Assembly (NCBI GenBank): GCA_002633005.1
Contig: NMRA01000155.1
Span: 641,536 to 705,535, forward strand
Source of the DNA: Phoronis australis
Taxonomy: Eukaryota; Animalia; Phoronida
Direction: 5' to 3'
Length of the DNA stretch: 64,000 nucleotides
Positions 1-14,300 of this stretch are shown here, in pieces; positions within the stretch are counted from its first letter, which is position 1, and every line of letters starts with the position of its first letter. Both the position numbers and the translations under genes were made by a program. Under the pieces are notes generated by a model that was given only the letters and a program-made list of their open reading frames with translations, was not told the DNA's origin and did no database searches.

Positions 1-2856
1 AGGCGGCCACTAGGAAAGCATCACTGCAGGAGTCTCAGAAGGAAAAGGTCAGCAGCATGCACTTGGTCAGAGTTGTAATGTCAGTTTTGTTCAGTCACAG
101 ATATATCTCACAATTCGACCCCTTCGCAGTCTTAAAAAAGAATACTCTTGTTCAATTGCAAGAATGAAAAAATCGTCCCTTGCATTTTTTGTGATAAAAT
201 ATCACCACATCCGTTGAAGTTGTGGCTTTAAAACTTTGTGTTGTGATTAATAGGTCTATTTCCTTGAGAGAGTTGCATAGTGAATCGTGACTGGTTCTTT
301 TAGGATTGCTAAGCCTGACCTATATCTTTCCACTGCCTTGCTTGAGTTTGACATTAATGGGTGTGACTGTCCGGTTACATGTAACTTGTACTTTTGGGCA
401 AGTAAATCTTCAAAAATACATGTCTCTATCGACAAGGGCCTAGTTACATAATAGGTTATGTGCTGGATAACAAAACTGACATTGGACAACAACAGTGACA
501 TTGCACTAATGTGTTTCACAATGTCTTTGTTGAACTCTGCATTTAACGTCCTGCTACAATCAGAATTATCTAGCGGAACTTGATGGTTGAAGTCTGCTGT
601 GTGCGTCTGAAGTTGATTTTGCACACTTGGTCTAAAATGTTTACTTAAACTGTAAATGAGATGGGAACTGTATTCATAAGGTTTTGGTGTTTGTACTGAA
701 GTAGTGCAAACAAATTTTCTTTTAAAAAGGCATTCAAGTTGACTTCAGTAGTTATGTAATGTTGATGGAGTATGTGTTTGTTGACATCTAAGATGTCGCA
801 AAGGGGTACCAAACACAAATTTGAAAAGAAAAATGTTCACGTAACCCCCAAAAATGGCCTGTGGGCAGCAATTTTTGGTTGTGTCTGAATGTGGGTGGGC
901 CCAACACTCAATAATTTGGTTAAGTATTTTTTTCTATAGTACAATTGAAACTTTGGTTTGCTTGCCTGGCAAGCAAATTAATCAAAAACTTAGTGTCAAG
1001 CACTGGCTGATATATCATCATGTCTTTCTCAAATCATGAGTGTAGAGATGTTATTAGACTACATTATCTCCCCTGTCCAGGTGTCAGAGCTGTATGAGGT
1101 GGTCAAGAAGTGGGACAGTGTGGCTGACACCATACCCCATGTGGTGGACAGACTAGCATCACTACAAGAACTGCACCAACAAGGTACTCTCAACAAGTAG
1201 TAGGGTCAAGGTCACTCTTGTGTTTTACAAGTCTGTGCATAGAGGGTGTTGTATGAGCATTACGTTTCAACAAGGCTAAACTTTGAAAACAGTTTCTGTT
1301 CTTCTGATGGTAGCAAAATATCCAATTCATTTTATAAGAGTTTGTTTAAAATTGAAAGATTGAGGGCTGTCAAAGTCTTTTTTGTCTTTAAAAATTGGAA
1401 AGCTGCCTAGCTCTCAAGTTTGAATAAATGATTTGGCATCTAAAGCATCAAGATCAAAACAGTTTTGAGAACATTGCTATTTTATCTCAACAAAAGTTTC
1501 ATTTCTATGCCAAACCATTCTTGCTTACAATTAAGGCCAGTGTTTTTGTATCCAAAACCATTTGCTTTTCAAGAAAAACTTATGCTCAATTGTTGTCTTG
1601 CACTAGTACACAACTTTGACATTTACTCGTAGGTGACACACCCTGTATACAGTCGAGTCTGAATTGAATGCACTTCACCATCTTCCTTTGTATAACAGAT
1701 AACTTGTGTTTTACTCATGCAATGTTAAGAGGTTGCTCCTTAATTCCTGATCCACTGTTTCACATATAAGCACATGGGCCTCATTCTCAATATAGGTACA
1801 GATTCACACATAGATGCATGGGCTTAAATGAGTGTATACACGATAAGGAGTGTCAGTTTTGGTAGAGTTTGATGGAGTCAGCCTGCCCAAGTCTGTCGAG
1901 TTTGTTTTCAAAACTGTCATATCTCGTAGTCGTGTCTCGTAGTCGTATCTCGTAGTCGTGTCTTGTAGTCGTATCTCATAGTCGTATCTCGTAGTCGTAT
2001 CTCGTAGTCATATCTCGTAGTCGTATCTCGTAGTCGTATCTCCTAGTCATATCGCGTAGTCGTATCTCGTAGTCGTATCTCGTAGTTGTATCTCCTAGTC
2101 GTATCTCGTAGTCTTTGTATACAGTCAGATGCATGAGACACACAGTTATCCAATGTTTGATTGCATAAGTTACATTTAAAGTAATTGTTTTTGATAAGTG
2201 GTTATTTTCACCTTAGCATACCACGGTTAGTTAAGCCACTGTTTATTGTATTGTGTGTGTTGTGTTTCAGCTCTACAGTTTAGTCAGGCTCTCACTCATC
2301 TGGACACAGCACAACAGGAATTATCTGCCCATGTCAACACACACGGTGACATGTTGAAGACTGTAAGTACCACTCTTGAACCCGCTTAAGGCTGTTAACC
2401 TATGTAATAGAAAGGTGAAATATGATGTGAGAACTGTACGGGGTCAACTGTCCTGTCACTTGTGCTGGATGTGTAGTTAATAAGGGCTAAAGGAACTTGG
2501 CGGTTATTAGGGCGTGTACGGTAAATTGAAGTGTCTCCCAAACATAACATGGATTTGTTTTCCATTCAAGTTCTAGTCATAAATGTTGGCTCTCCTGTTT
2601 ACATTTAGTGTCAATGTTATGAGAGCTCAGAACTTATTACAGTCATTTCTACTGAAAATTATTTTGGGATTGATTCTGCATTGAATGCAGCTCGGTTTTA
2701 CGAACTTTTATGGAGTGTGGATTTGTGATGAAGGGGTGCTAATGTCATTCATGTCTTCCATTTCTCCAGCTCCAGAAGAACTTTGACAGCAATATATCGA
2801 CAATCAAGTCCAACTGTGACTCCATACAGACGCGGCTTGCCGCTCTCAAAAAGTAA
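1..2856 (+). CDS. DCTN2: Dynactin subunit 2 (p50/dynamitin), last 4 coding exons (5' part outside window)
   Basis: Exons <1-47, 1081-1183, 2271-2362 and 2770-2856 are GT-AG and phase-consistent. Spliced translation: AATRKASLQESQKEK/VSELYEVVKKWDSVADTIPHVVDRLASLQELHQQ/ALQFSQALTHLDTAQQELSAHVNTHGDMLKT/LQKNFDSNISTIKSNCDSIQTRLAALKK*. This matches the dynamitin C-terminus (human ...[22 protein letters not shown]...). Confidence 0.93.
1918..2113. repeat. Tandem repeat, 13-bp unit TCGTATCTCGTAG, ~15 copies, in a DCTN2 intron
   Basis: Directly visible array with few substitutions. Confidence 0.95.
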
Positions 2857-4355
2857 ACATGTCAGCGAGTAGATGTAATAATTTATTGAATGTTGTGTAT
2901 AAGCAGTCGAGTAAGGTTATTTGGTGTCTACGCAGCGGAACAAGAACAAGACATCTGTGTGTGTAACATGCCGAGGCTGTGGCCTATCTTAGTCATTGGT
3001 GCTTTCCATTAGTCAACACATTAGAAGGTTACTTTAGCGCAATAGAGATGAAGGTCACTCAAATGTAGGAGCAGCTTGTTTGAAGGGGAGTGTTCGTTCA
3101 CAAAAAATCGTCAAAGTTTTGAAATTCTGTAGATGTTGTGGCTTGATGGAAATTTGTGCAAATGTTTCTAAGAGTTTCTTATGGAAGTTACCTTAATTAG
3201 CAACATGTCAAAGTCAAGCTTCCATGGCGAAATCTCATCAAACCTGTGAATAGTCTGCGTACACAAGCTTCAATGCTAGAGTGGCTTGTGGATTTGAATA
3301 GCCTTCAAACGGCACAAGAGAAATGTCAGGAGTACTTCTCCTTAGTGGCCAATACAGAGCAAGACATGGAATTGACAGGTGTTGTCACAAAATCCTGAGC
3401 TAATGTGTATTCTCTATCACCATTCTTGAGAGCTTCAATTCTACTGTTCTCATGAGATGATGCTTCATCATCATGGTGATTGTATTATGTATGTGCTGTG
3501 CTTCATATAAACATTATGTTTAGTTGGTAGAAAAAAAATGGACAAAGAATGCAGTTTCGTGATGTCATAGTGAACTTTCTCCTTTAGTTAACTATATTTC
3601 CACACTGAGCACTGTCTTCACTGTGATGTGTTAGCCCAGAAGCTGCAAAAACTTAGCAGCCATAACCCAGACCTGGTCTGGATATTTGCTATTTTTAAAA
3701 AGATCTCACTAATATTCATGTGAAATACAAAGTTATGCTAAGCAGGGCAGCATTATGACTGCCTCCACTGTGTACTGACAATCTGTTGTTTGTACATTGT
3801 AGATGATTTAACTTTTGGTTTCCTTGAGGAGTTCATCAAAATGGCTTCAACTTCAGGAATGAATATGAATAGTCAACCAAGAATTCAAATACTTTTCAGA
3901 ATAGTTCTTACATGGTAGAAAAATGAGTATGGTGTCAGGGCAGGCAGACATACTCAGCAAATCAAGTCTGGGTCTTGGGTAGTTAGTGATCTCATTGAAT
4001 GACACTTGTAGCAAAACTGGCGAATATTTGTAATAACATTAGTGGTGTATTCAAATGTATGTTATATGAACACAGAATAATGTAATAGTGGTCACCCTTG
4101 TCTACTAACAAACTTCGCCTGGTTTTGCTTCGTTAATGAATTCATGAATAAGTTATGAGGTCACTCTACATTCTGCTCCAGTCTTTCTTTGAAGCCTCTA
4201 TTAGTTTCCGTCTTTAGCAATAGAGGTCTCACTTGGTGTTAATGAAGACGGCAAGTCCAGTGTGACGTCATAAGGAAGCCATTGTTCTCCACAACATGCT
4301 GCCAGTGTGAAACTGCATTAACTTGAACAAGTATAGTGTGATTCAATACATGTCA

Positions 4356-4387
4356 TATTTATTTGTGGTATAACATGCAAATAAATA
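4356..4387. terminator. Candidate bidirectional polyadenylation site: AATAAA on + at 4380-4385 and on - at 4358-4363, within a 10-bp inverted repeat
   Basis: TATTTATTTG-N12-CAAATAAATA. These are the first canonical AATAAA hexamers I found downstream of the DCTN2 stop (+) and the BAMBI stop (-). Confidence 0.5.
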
Positions 4388-5344
4388 ACTTGTATCTACA
4401 TGGTTGTGACTAGATGTTTTTCGACTGTTGTTTTGGTAACACTTAATTTATCTGCTGCTACTCTGCTCATCTGAGCAAGGCATAATCATTGATATCTCGA
4501 CAGTGAAAGTGCTGACATCTGGTGGCATGCAACACAGTTTTAAAGAGTAGTGTGAGCAAATATTTGAGATGTCTATCCCTATTGAACAGTCGTCCCCCTG
4601 ACTGCTGTGATGTCAACATGTGACCCTACTGCTAAACAGTAGTTGACAGGCTAACAACAGTTCTGTGGCCTAAGTTGCACCCAAGTGAATTTTTGTTGGC
4701 ATGTAATAACTATCTGAGGTATGTTTCCTCGAAGTGACTTAAGACTTCAGACAAATATTTGGTTTTGCTTTCCCACTACACAATTGCTGAAAAAAGGTTT
4801 AGCCAAGTACTTAGGAGCACATCACAGTCTAGAAATAATATATAGAAAATATCTCAGAAACTACCAGTTATGCGTATATTCTCGCACACTTTGCATTTTT
4901 GCTCAAGTGAGATTTCATTATTTGTCTGAAATTGTGAAAAACCAAGATCAAATTTCTGTCTCCAGTCTTGAGGCACATTCAAGAAAGAGGCCACTTGCCA
5001 AACAAAGTTCACCTCAAAATACTCGCATTGTATGAGTATAGGGGGTAGGGCTGTTAAAAATACCCTGTTTGTGCCCCCCTCTATACCCATCTAATGGCGG
5101 TACATTCAGCTTAACAGAGCCATTATTATTGACGAACATTACAGATCTTGGCAAGAAGATGATTGTCCTCGTTTCCAATCTACTTGTACAACTTGTTGTC
5201 CTTAAACGTGATCCCATAGCTGCCCAGGACAAACTGTAGTTCTTTGGTGAAACACTCTACTAGACTTCTAATGATATCGATACATGGCCATCATACAATA
5301 GTAATCACATCTTATATACAAATATAAATACAACTGACTGACTT

Positions 5345-8300
5345 TCATACATGGGACAACAATTTGCTTTGGCTACACTCGGAACACGGGTCACTCAGGG
5401 CAACAGAATATTTGCTTCCTTTAATAGCATCCTGAGGTGCCTTTGTAATGTGTCTTGACTGTAGAGTTCTCTGATACGTTGTATAGTCTTTTTTGCGTAA
5501 AATAAATACTGCGAATACTGCTATGGCAACCAGTGCGCAAGCTCCAGCCAGTGGAACCGCTATAAGTATGGGATTGACGTTCAAAGTAAATAGAGTGTTC
5601 GGGTTTTTCCGTGAATATTCATCAACAGTGTTGGTAGTTCCGGTATAGTATTTTCTTGTGGTTGGTGTGGTCCTAGCTGTTGGTCGTTCAATACCTGGAA
5701 ACATACAAAACACAAGGATTGGTTGTCAATAAAAGCTCTATTATACTCATCCAGGGCCGGTGTCTAAACATGTACTCGAAATCGAACACGATTCTGCTTC
5801 AATGCAATCTCAAGAAAAGTGACCATCTTTCTTTGCACTTGATGACCCCACCATTAAGACTTAAGTTTGAATCTGAACTCAATATTTTGAGTTCTGTAAC
5901 TCAAATCTGGGGTCATCATGTGTGAATTTTTAATAAATTTTTGCCTAATCCACATTGTGTTCAACGACAAAATGATAGACAACTGTTACGAGTTCACTGA
6001 TATAAGTAGAGAAGTGAAATGACAAAAATAAATTCCAATTTCGAGTTAAATATAAGACCCCCAGCCCATGAGTTAACACACAGGGCGATTTAATTGACAA
6101 GCACATAATGAAGTTGGAGTTAAGTCAGGTACGTCTGTTTATGAACGTTGAAACGTGAATCAACGGCTTTGGCTGACTCAGTGCATCTCTCTGTCTTGTG
6201 GTTTCTCTTAACTCAAGTGTTTGATACTGACCGGGAAGGAATGTGTTGACGGCCCTGATGGGGTACATGTACGTCTGAACATCACTGATGAGACTACCCT
6301 TATAAAAATATAGAAAATACTGAACATTCTTTGGAGGGTGTTTAGTTGCCAGAACTTGGGCGTTCGAGTAAGTGGTCGTAATCAATCACCTCAATTACGG
6401 TATGCACATGCACTTTACAGAATGTGAAAGTATTTATCATTATTAAGCGTCACAGATGCATGTTAGATAAATTGTGTTGCGGCTTTTAGTGTTAGAAACA
6501 CTTGAGCATCTGGCGTTGCTCTACCGAACGGGGTCTGATATGTTGTCAGCACTATGAGCTTTGTTACGCTTCGTTGGTGTAAGCCGAACTGTTTGTTTCT
6601 CCTGGGGTACACGCACACGTGACTATGGACAAGGTCATTTAAAAGAAAGTGAATAACCTTTTCGACGATGAAAACATGTTACTATGGTAACTGAAGGAGT
6701 CCAGTCAGACTTCGCATAGATGGGCCCGTCTACAGGCTAGGGTCTGGCTCAGGGCGACAGAATAATCTTGATTTACAATGGCTTTACAACATGAGTAGTT
6801 GGCTATTTACAAAACTTCGAAGCGTGTCTCTTAAGAGGAAAATTTGCAACTTACCGTTATTTCTGTCCGTGTGGTCGTCTATATTGAGAGTATTGTTTAC
6901 TATTGTCCCCGAAGGAATAGACGGCAGGGCATCTTTGTTACACATACTATCTTTGCAACAATGTAACACCGGCCAGGGCCCGTTGACGCCCTCAGGCGGC
7001 CGGTTCTCGCATAATATCGGCGTCTTGTCGTCAATACAGCCATGCGTTAAAGAAGGAAACGTCAGCTCGTGGTATTGGGTATAACAAAACGCCGACGCCT
7101 CGCAAGTCGTTATCTTCAGCTGGCGACAGTGTGGCGTTGAACACACGCAAAGAATTGTACCTGTAACGAATGTTAAAATTAGCTACTTGGTCCTTCGAAA
7201 TTATCGTTACACGGCGTGGAAGGTGACCAAAAAACTTGTTTCTGCTGTCACCGACATTGTAAAATACAAACTCAAAGCAAGTTGTGTCTATGTGTTCAAG
7301 CGACTATAACCCCACCTTTCGTCACAAAGAACAACTTTTGATTTAGTCCGCTTGCTGTTGTCACAAATTGTTCCTTAGTCAATTATGGTTTTGGATAGAA
7401 TTTGCAAGACTATTTCTGCTTGAAACCAGCCTCCTGAATTGAATTGAATTGCGTCGGCGTGTCATGGTCTCGCGAGCCGCATGACGTGAATTCATGCAAT
7501 AACGAACTGTCAGTTCTTTGCAAGACTAGAAATCCCTTCTCATCTGATTAAGGAACAATTAGGTGAGATCAATCTAACAGCGGCAAGTGGTCAACTCCAA
7601 AATTTAGTTTCTTCGACGGAACGCCGGTTTATAGCAGACCACTGCGAAGACCGAATGTAGTTATTTCTTCTGACGCTAGGGTACATGTACGTCCCTTGTG
7701 TCTAGAGGTGGCTGTGACAGTTCAATGCGAAAGATAGTTTAGTGACCTGTGTAGCGGAAAATACGACATTTTCTTTTAAAAACAATGATATCGTTTCAAA
7801 ATTTTGCAAACTTTTGCGAGTTGTCAATGGATACAGAACGTTTACTAACAGGTATGGGTATAGAAATAGGCCTCAGACGACTGAATTTTAGAATGTATTT
7901 TAAGTGACGTTTGTAATGCATTTTACAACGTCTAAAGGAAATCCGCTGAATACACGAGATGACGATTGATTCTTACTTTTGCTACTTTCTAAAATAATGT
8001 TCACCGTGTGGCAATAGCTCTCCACGACTTGCCAGTCCCTAACAATCGAAACAAGACTTCCACAAGATGTCACTGTGCTCGTTATCATTTTATGTTACAT
8101 TTTAAACTATGCATGGATTATTGCGTATACCATAATGCGATTTCCTTTCTTTGCATATCATGCAAACAGCTCGTTTCTTAATCTGAAACCATTTATCCGT
8201 ACGTGAATTCTTAGTGAGTACCCATTAGTTCCGTGCGAACAGTCAACGTACTGAAAACAATACGTTAACTATTGAGAGAGTGCACCACATTATTAGCGCT

Positions 8301-11300
8301 GTTAATTATGAAATGTAATTCTCGGATATAAAGCGCCGACAACTTGACGCCAGCTAGACAATGAATCGTGTTTTATTTATTACAACACACGACGCGACCG
8401 TATTCTAGTGCGCGCACTGAATCGTCAACATGGTGTGTCGTGAAAATATTTTATTGCCGAGAAAACTTCTGAGTTGATGATTCGCAAAAAACACAGCTTA
8501 ACGGATGGCGGAACAGTTCCGCACTTCTACGAGGTACAAAATATATTCGGCAACGAGCAATGGTGAACACGAGCCACTGACGTCAGGTTCATAGATCCCG
8601 CGTATCCAATTAGAGTACGGATTCCAAATTAGGATAAATTGGGCTTCTGCAATTACCCAAGTATTCTGATATATTTACAGGGGTTTAGCGATCAAGTCCT
8701 TGATTTTTGTAGGTCGTATTTGAGATTTTTCGGGGCAGGGCTTTTGGTGCTGAGCGGCAACTGGCACTAGTCTGATGAGAATGCGATCAAACTTGTTTTT
8801 GTATCAACAACGTTATAGCAGTAGTGTTGAAATGTTTTGCTACTCCCAGCACCATGTGATCTCCATACAGCCACAAATAACACAGCAACAGAAACGACAG
8901 GAAGTCGACGTCATCTTGCGCGTGTCAAGGGCGCCTCAAGTTAAGAAACGTAAAGCTTTGAGCTGGAAGCGTAATATCATTACAAAGGCGCGAAGTACGT
9001 AATACACGTCAACAGTCACAGCGTTCACAATGTTCAATTTCGCCAAATACCAATACATTATATGTTTCCTCGTAAGTCACGTGACAAACAACCTCCACTA
9101 ATCCTGCATTTAATTTTTATTTAAAATTGTTTCTTAAAAACATCAGGAGAAAATAAAATAAAGCACTCAAATTCGTCCATGCATAACTCAAAGATAAACT
9201 CCATGACACGCAAGACATTCTTCCAGGAACTGCCAAGGCTGTCTACACGTTTCCAAGCCCTGTCTACGCGATTGCAAGCCCTGTCTACTCTGAGATTTTT
9301 GGTAGACACGTACAAAATTCATACACTGCGGCTGAAACACTCAAAACATTTCGATTGCCTTGTATGTATGACGTCGTACATGTATACGATTTTGTGGCTC
9401 GAAAAACGTTGTCGATACATCTGTCTACATGTGACACTCGGATTAGTTGTACGACGACAGTCGTGTATATGACAGCTCGGTGTGCGTAGACAGCGCCACA
9501 TGCTTCGTATAGTACAGTGCACTCAACACGCTTTGTGCGGTCCCTCACCTCATATTTTAAAACACATCATCGCGCTAATAGTGTTTCTCTAACGTAAAAA
9601 GCGTACAAAATCGATCTAAATGAATAAACACAAGACGGAATATAAAGCAAGAAATAAAGTGTGAAATAACTCGCTGAAGTTAATTGAAAGAAATTTCTCG
9701 TGAGAATTGGCTTCGACGGTTCCCCGTCAAAATATGCAATGGCAAATTCATCATTGGCGATTAATGAGTAGTAACAAGATGTGTTAATGACTTTACATCC
9801 AATTCAATTGACAGAATGCCTTCTGCACGTGGCTGACGAATGCGTCCAATCGCTGTTGTTTTAATTACAACACTTAGGAACGTGTAATGCTTATGGTTGT
9901 AATTAAGATTCCCTTGGACGCATTGCGTTATATTATTACAGTAGCAAAACAAGTTATTGTAAACAATCTACCACAGCAGTTCTGAGAGAAATTTCCTGCA
10001 AACGTGGCGTTCTCGGTATATTTTCTAATGACAGAACGCCAACGAAGGCCGGTATCAGTCTGAGAGGCGACGATACTCGCAGTCAGTGTTCTTGTTGTAA
10101 CAATGACGGAAGACACAAATCAATGTTCCGCGGCGTGCTGTCTACGACATATGGTGCCAGTCGACAAAATATGGAAATGTTTGTTTGGTTAATGTCTATA
10201 CCTCCCATCTGCTGTAACTTTTTATTTCAAATGTAAGTGATGCTCCCGCAGCCGCCCGCAGACGCGCGTGGATTGTCGTGCGGATCATGTGCCGTGCAAC
10301 GGTGTGCCGTGCCTAAGCGGGCTTCAAGATACAATTCTGCGGCACTGTTCCTATGTTGATTTCAACGCTCTTATCTTTGATTCGAAGACGTGGACTGTTT
10401 GCTCGTAGTACTAAACAGCTTAGATAATTCAATATCAAATATTGCTTGAGGATGTCAGTTGTAAGACAGTCATGACATTTGTAAATTATAACAATTGGAC
10501 GGTACGGCGTCGACCACTACCATACTCGAGACAGCCAATCCTCAGAGGGCATTCCAAATTTCAACAAAAATCAGAAAAGAAGCTGGCGGCATTAATCTAT
10601 AGCAGATTTATTCTGTGTCAATTGTATTTTATAAAACGAAAGTAGCCTAAACAGAAGTTAGACCATTAGATGCTAGAAAGCTGTTGTATAATAGTTCGTA
10701 AAACGTCATTGCACGGGTTATTCTGAAAAATAATTGTAAAAGTAGAACGCCAATTATTTATATCTCGATTAATTGTAACAGTTCCATTTACACTTGCTCA
10801 GTTAAGCATTTCATTTGCTTCTCTGACACATTTTAACTACGTCACTAAAATATCTGACAGATTATTACACCCTAATTTAAAATTCTGGCTAATTACAGCA
10901 GCCCTTGTTAATTCTCTGGTCAACTATAACATGCCTCATTCACTCCTGACAGTATTTTAGTTCATTTTAAAATATACAAATACACCCGTTTATAATTTCA
11001 AACCACGCCACCAAGGTAGCCGCAGGATGTCGGCATATTTGGGTAGTGAGCACCAAATTCACTCGCTTCCGAACTCATGTCTAGGTGCGAAATGTCCCTC
11101 TCGTGTGTGGGCCTACATTACACAATATGTGTATTCGAAACAGCCATGAACAAAACTGAAACTATTTGTAATAATTGATCTCTGGCGTGTATACCATTAC
11201 GTAAACGTAGTGTATGTACTATGCACTAACAATAGTCGAACATTTGAATCACACAAAACTTAGAATTGTGCCTACCAAAAATACCAAAAATAAATTATTT

Positions 11301-14300
11301 ATTCTCCAATAAATTCTTGAATTCTTCAAGCAACTGAAGATATCAAACACGGACGCGGGAGACTGGTATGGCGTTTGTAATCTTTTGACGTAATCTTTAC
11401 GCTGTTGAAATATACATGTATGTGACAACAACTCATTTACAGCTGTTTGTGGAGGGTCAGCAGGGGGCGATGACCTATGAACTTCATGTTCTGGCACTAG
11501 AGGGGAAATACCCCGAAAGTGTAAGATTTGAACAAGTCATCAGAACATCTCGCGGATTCCCCGCATCTGGTGGTTACGGGCAGTTTCCAAAGATGGAAAC
11601 GATTACCGTCAAGTGAAGAGCACAACATTTCTGACGAGCTATCTCATTAGCGATGATAGCAGGGAAGACCCTTAGGCAACTTCTGTCAATACAAACATCT
11701 ACTTTAGTACGAATTCAAGATAAGTGTCTATTATTCTACGCTCCAGTGTATTATGATTTTACGTTGATGAATGTGTAATTTTGCACTTGATGACTACAGC
11801 ATCAAAGTTACAAGTTCGAGTCTGAACTCGAAAGTTCGAGATTTTACTCGAGTTTGTAGCTCAAGGGGCCCGTTCCAACAAAACAGACTTAGCTAAGACA
11901 AATCTTAAATTTTAGTAAATTTTAAAATACAAGTTAAATTTGTCTCAAACCCAATTCAAGAAAGAGATCTAAAGTTCAACTTAAGTGTGTGACATACGTT
12001 TTGTCTTAATTTTGACTAACTTACCGAATGTGGAAGATGCAAAGTTTGGAATTTAAGACAAATCTTAAACTTAGTCAAAAATGAACTTAAGTCAGTTTCT
12101 TGGAACAGGCCCCAAATCTATGGGTCATCGAGTGCAAATTCAAACATTCGTTTGCGTAATCCATAACGTATTTAACAACAGAATGATAACTTATCTTGTT
12201 TTCGTTCTAAAGAAGAACGGGTAACGTCAGAAATATTTTCCATTTCGACTTCGTAGTTTAGACTCTGGGCCTATAGGTAACGAATATTAACTTATTGACT
12301 TATTGTGATGGTGGCAAGGAATTTGTAGAATCCGTGTTCTCGACTGAAAAGTGGTAAATTTTCGTAAGCCTGAGAAAATGAGTGCACGTGATCTTTGAAC
12401 ACGTTTCGTTGTCGGCCCAACCTACAGCGCGTAACGTATGACGAACAGATACGTTACTTTGTGACAGTCCTTTAATTCAGTGTTTACAGACACCTCCATA
12501 GGTGAAAAAATAATTCGTTTAGCATGCCTGATGAAGACCTGGCTCAGAGGGAGAGCAATGGGACCCAGTGGGATTCGAACCCAAGATCTCTAGATTGAAA
12601 AGCGAAATATTCTACAGACGATGCCACTCTGCATCAACTTTCTCGGTAGTTGTTTTCTAGGCCTTCGGGTAAAAACGCAATCAAAATACGTACTATGACA
12701 CTCGATGTTATTCTTCAAACCAGTTACTTTCTCTCAAACACATGGGCTAGTAAAGAGTATGTGGGTGTTAGCATTCCGGGTTAACATGCCGAGACGACGT
12801 TTGCGATTACCAGTGTGCTGTTTTAGATGGTTGTGAAAACATTTAAATATACATCTGCTAAGTGCCACAACCCTGATGACGTTTTTATTACTGTGTCACA
12901 AAGTCACATGACATCGTTACGGATTCCCGTAAATAAACAGGAATCTCAAGTAAACTAAGAAATAATCGATTTTGGCGCCTCTTTCCTTCAATAAAGTCTT
13001 TCTACGATGTTTAATCGCCATCAGGTAGCAACATTGTGACAGCTATCTTATTAATGGCAGCACCAAATGTTTTTAAACAAGACTAATGGCATTAAAGAGG
13101 GGTTCCAAAAACCATTGGTGTTTACATGGGACTGACAGTTTGTTTCCACAATTTGCAGATTTCTGTAAACAGTTGAAGACATTTTTAACCAGTGAATGGC
13201 AAGGCGCTGTTTTGTTGCCAGCTCACGGTAAACAGGGACTGAGGGCGTGGAGGGGCTTTGATCCGATGTTATGCGTTCTATGTTTTCGGTGCAACGGGTG
13301 TTAACCCTCGTAATTTCATAAACATTTGAAAATGTTTAGCAAGTACTATTAGTTTGAGAAAATAGTTTTAAACTCTATACAGTGTGCCAAAAAGATTGAC
13401 ATAACTTCTCGAAATACTTGTTGGGTAAAGCCCACCAGGATAAAATAGACACTGAAATACAGAAATGTGTGAAGCATATCAAATGGCCAGTTTAAATTGA
13501 TATTTTATAAAGGCGTAAAAAGCAACAAAGTCAAACCAAGCCGATAAATCCTTTTGTGAAAATGCAGTCGGTAACAAAAAGTATCATATTTTTGATTTAC
13601 AAAAGTTAATTTCACGCATCAAGTCATATGCATAGAAATATTCACCTAATGCTCATTCGCTCAATGTTCAACTTAACATTCGTCTGAAGTCTCAATGTTA
13701 CTCACGAGAAGACTGCGTGAAGAGGTTGAGACCGTGCCTGGCTAAAATAAACGAAAACAATACCGCAGCAAGTGATAAAGAAATGATACTAGTACTAAGC
13801 ATTTAGCTTACAAATCTCTTCGCGTTAGGTCTTATACAAGACAACAGTCATCCGGCAACCGCAAGATTTAGACATATCTATGTTTCTCTAACTGGCGAGC
13901 TGATAGTTCTAATGGAACAAACAACTTTGGCCACATTCTGCGCGTGCATTCTGCGCGTGCATTCTGCGCCCGGAAATAAGTCCCTGTTTGCATTCAGGTT
14001 TACAGTAACTGACGTTGATGGATACTGCGTGAAACGTTGAAAAGTTAGTAGTTTATATTTCATTGTGTCATGAAAAATGCTCTCAGGGCAAACTGAGCGG
14101 ATACTATAAATGCACGTAAATTGACAATGAATTATTAAACAGTAGGCATATTGCAACGAGTTGGATTCGCTTTATTTCGAATGTTGGCATCCCTGACATG
14201 TTACAAAGACAGGATACTGGCCTAGTCTTCCTCAGTTGCCCGTTCGCCGCTCGGCCGGGCCTGCACATCAATATCTCCTCTCATGCACGCCATACCATTC

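Noticed and set aside
256-624. 122-aa minus-strand ORF and similar short ORFs in introns or antisense to exons
   Set aside because: No recognisable domains; they lie within introns or opposite real exons.
2725-2769. Intronic C/D box snoRNA (GTGATGA in a DCTN2 intron; also ATGATGA near 37166)
   Set aside because: No suitably placed D box or terminal stem.
8840-8920. Cys-rich/hydrophobic stretch on - as BAMBI exon 1
   Set aside because: No convincing ATG with a strong phase-1 donor. The exon at 26435-26360 fits far better.
11631-11660. Hammerhead-like CTGACGA-GCTA-loop-TAGC
   Set aside because: Followed by GATG rather than GAAA, and no helices I and III found.
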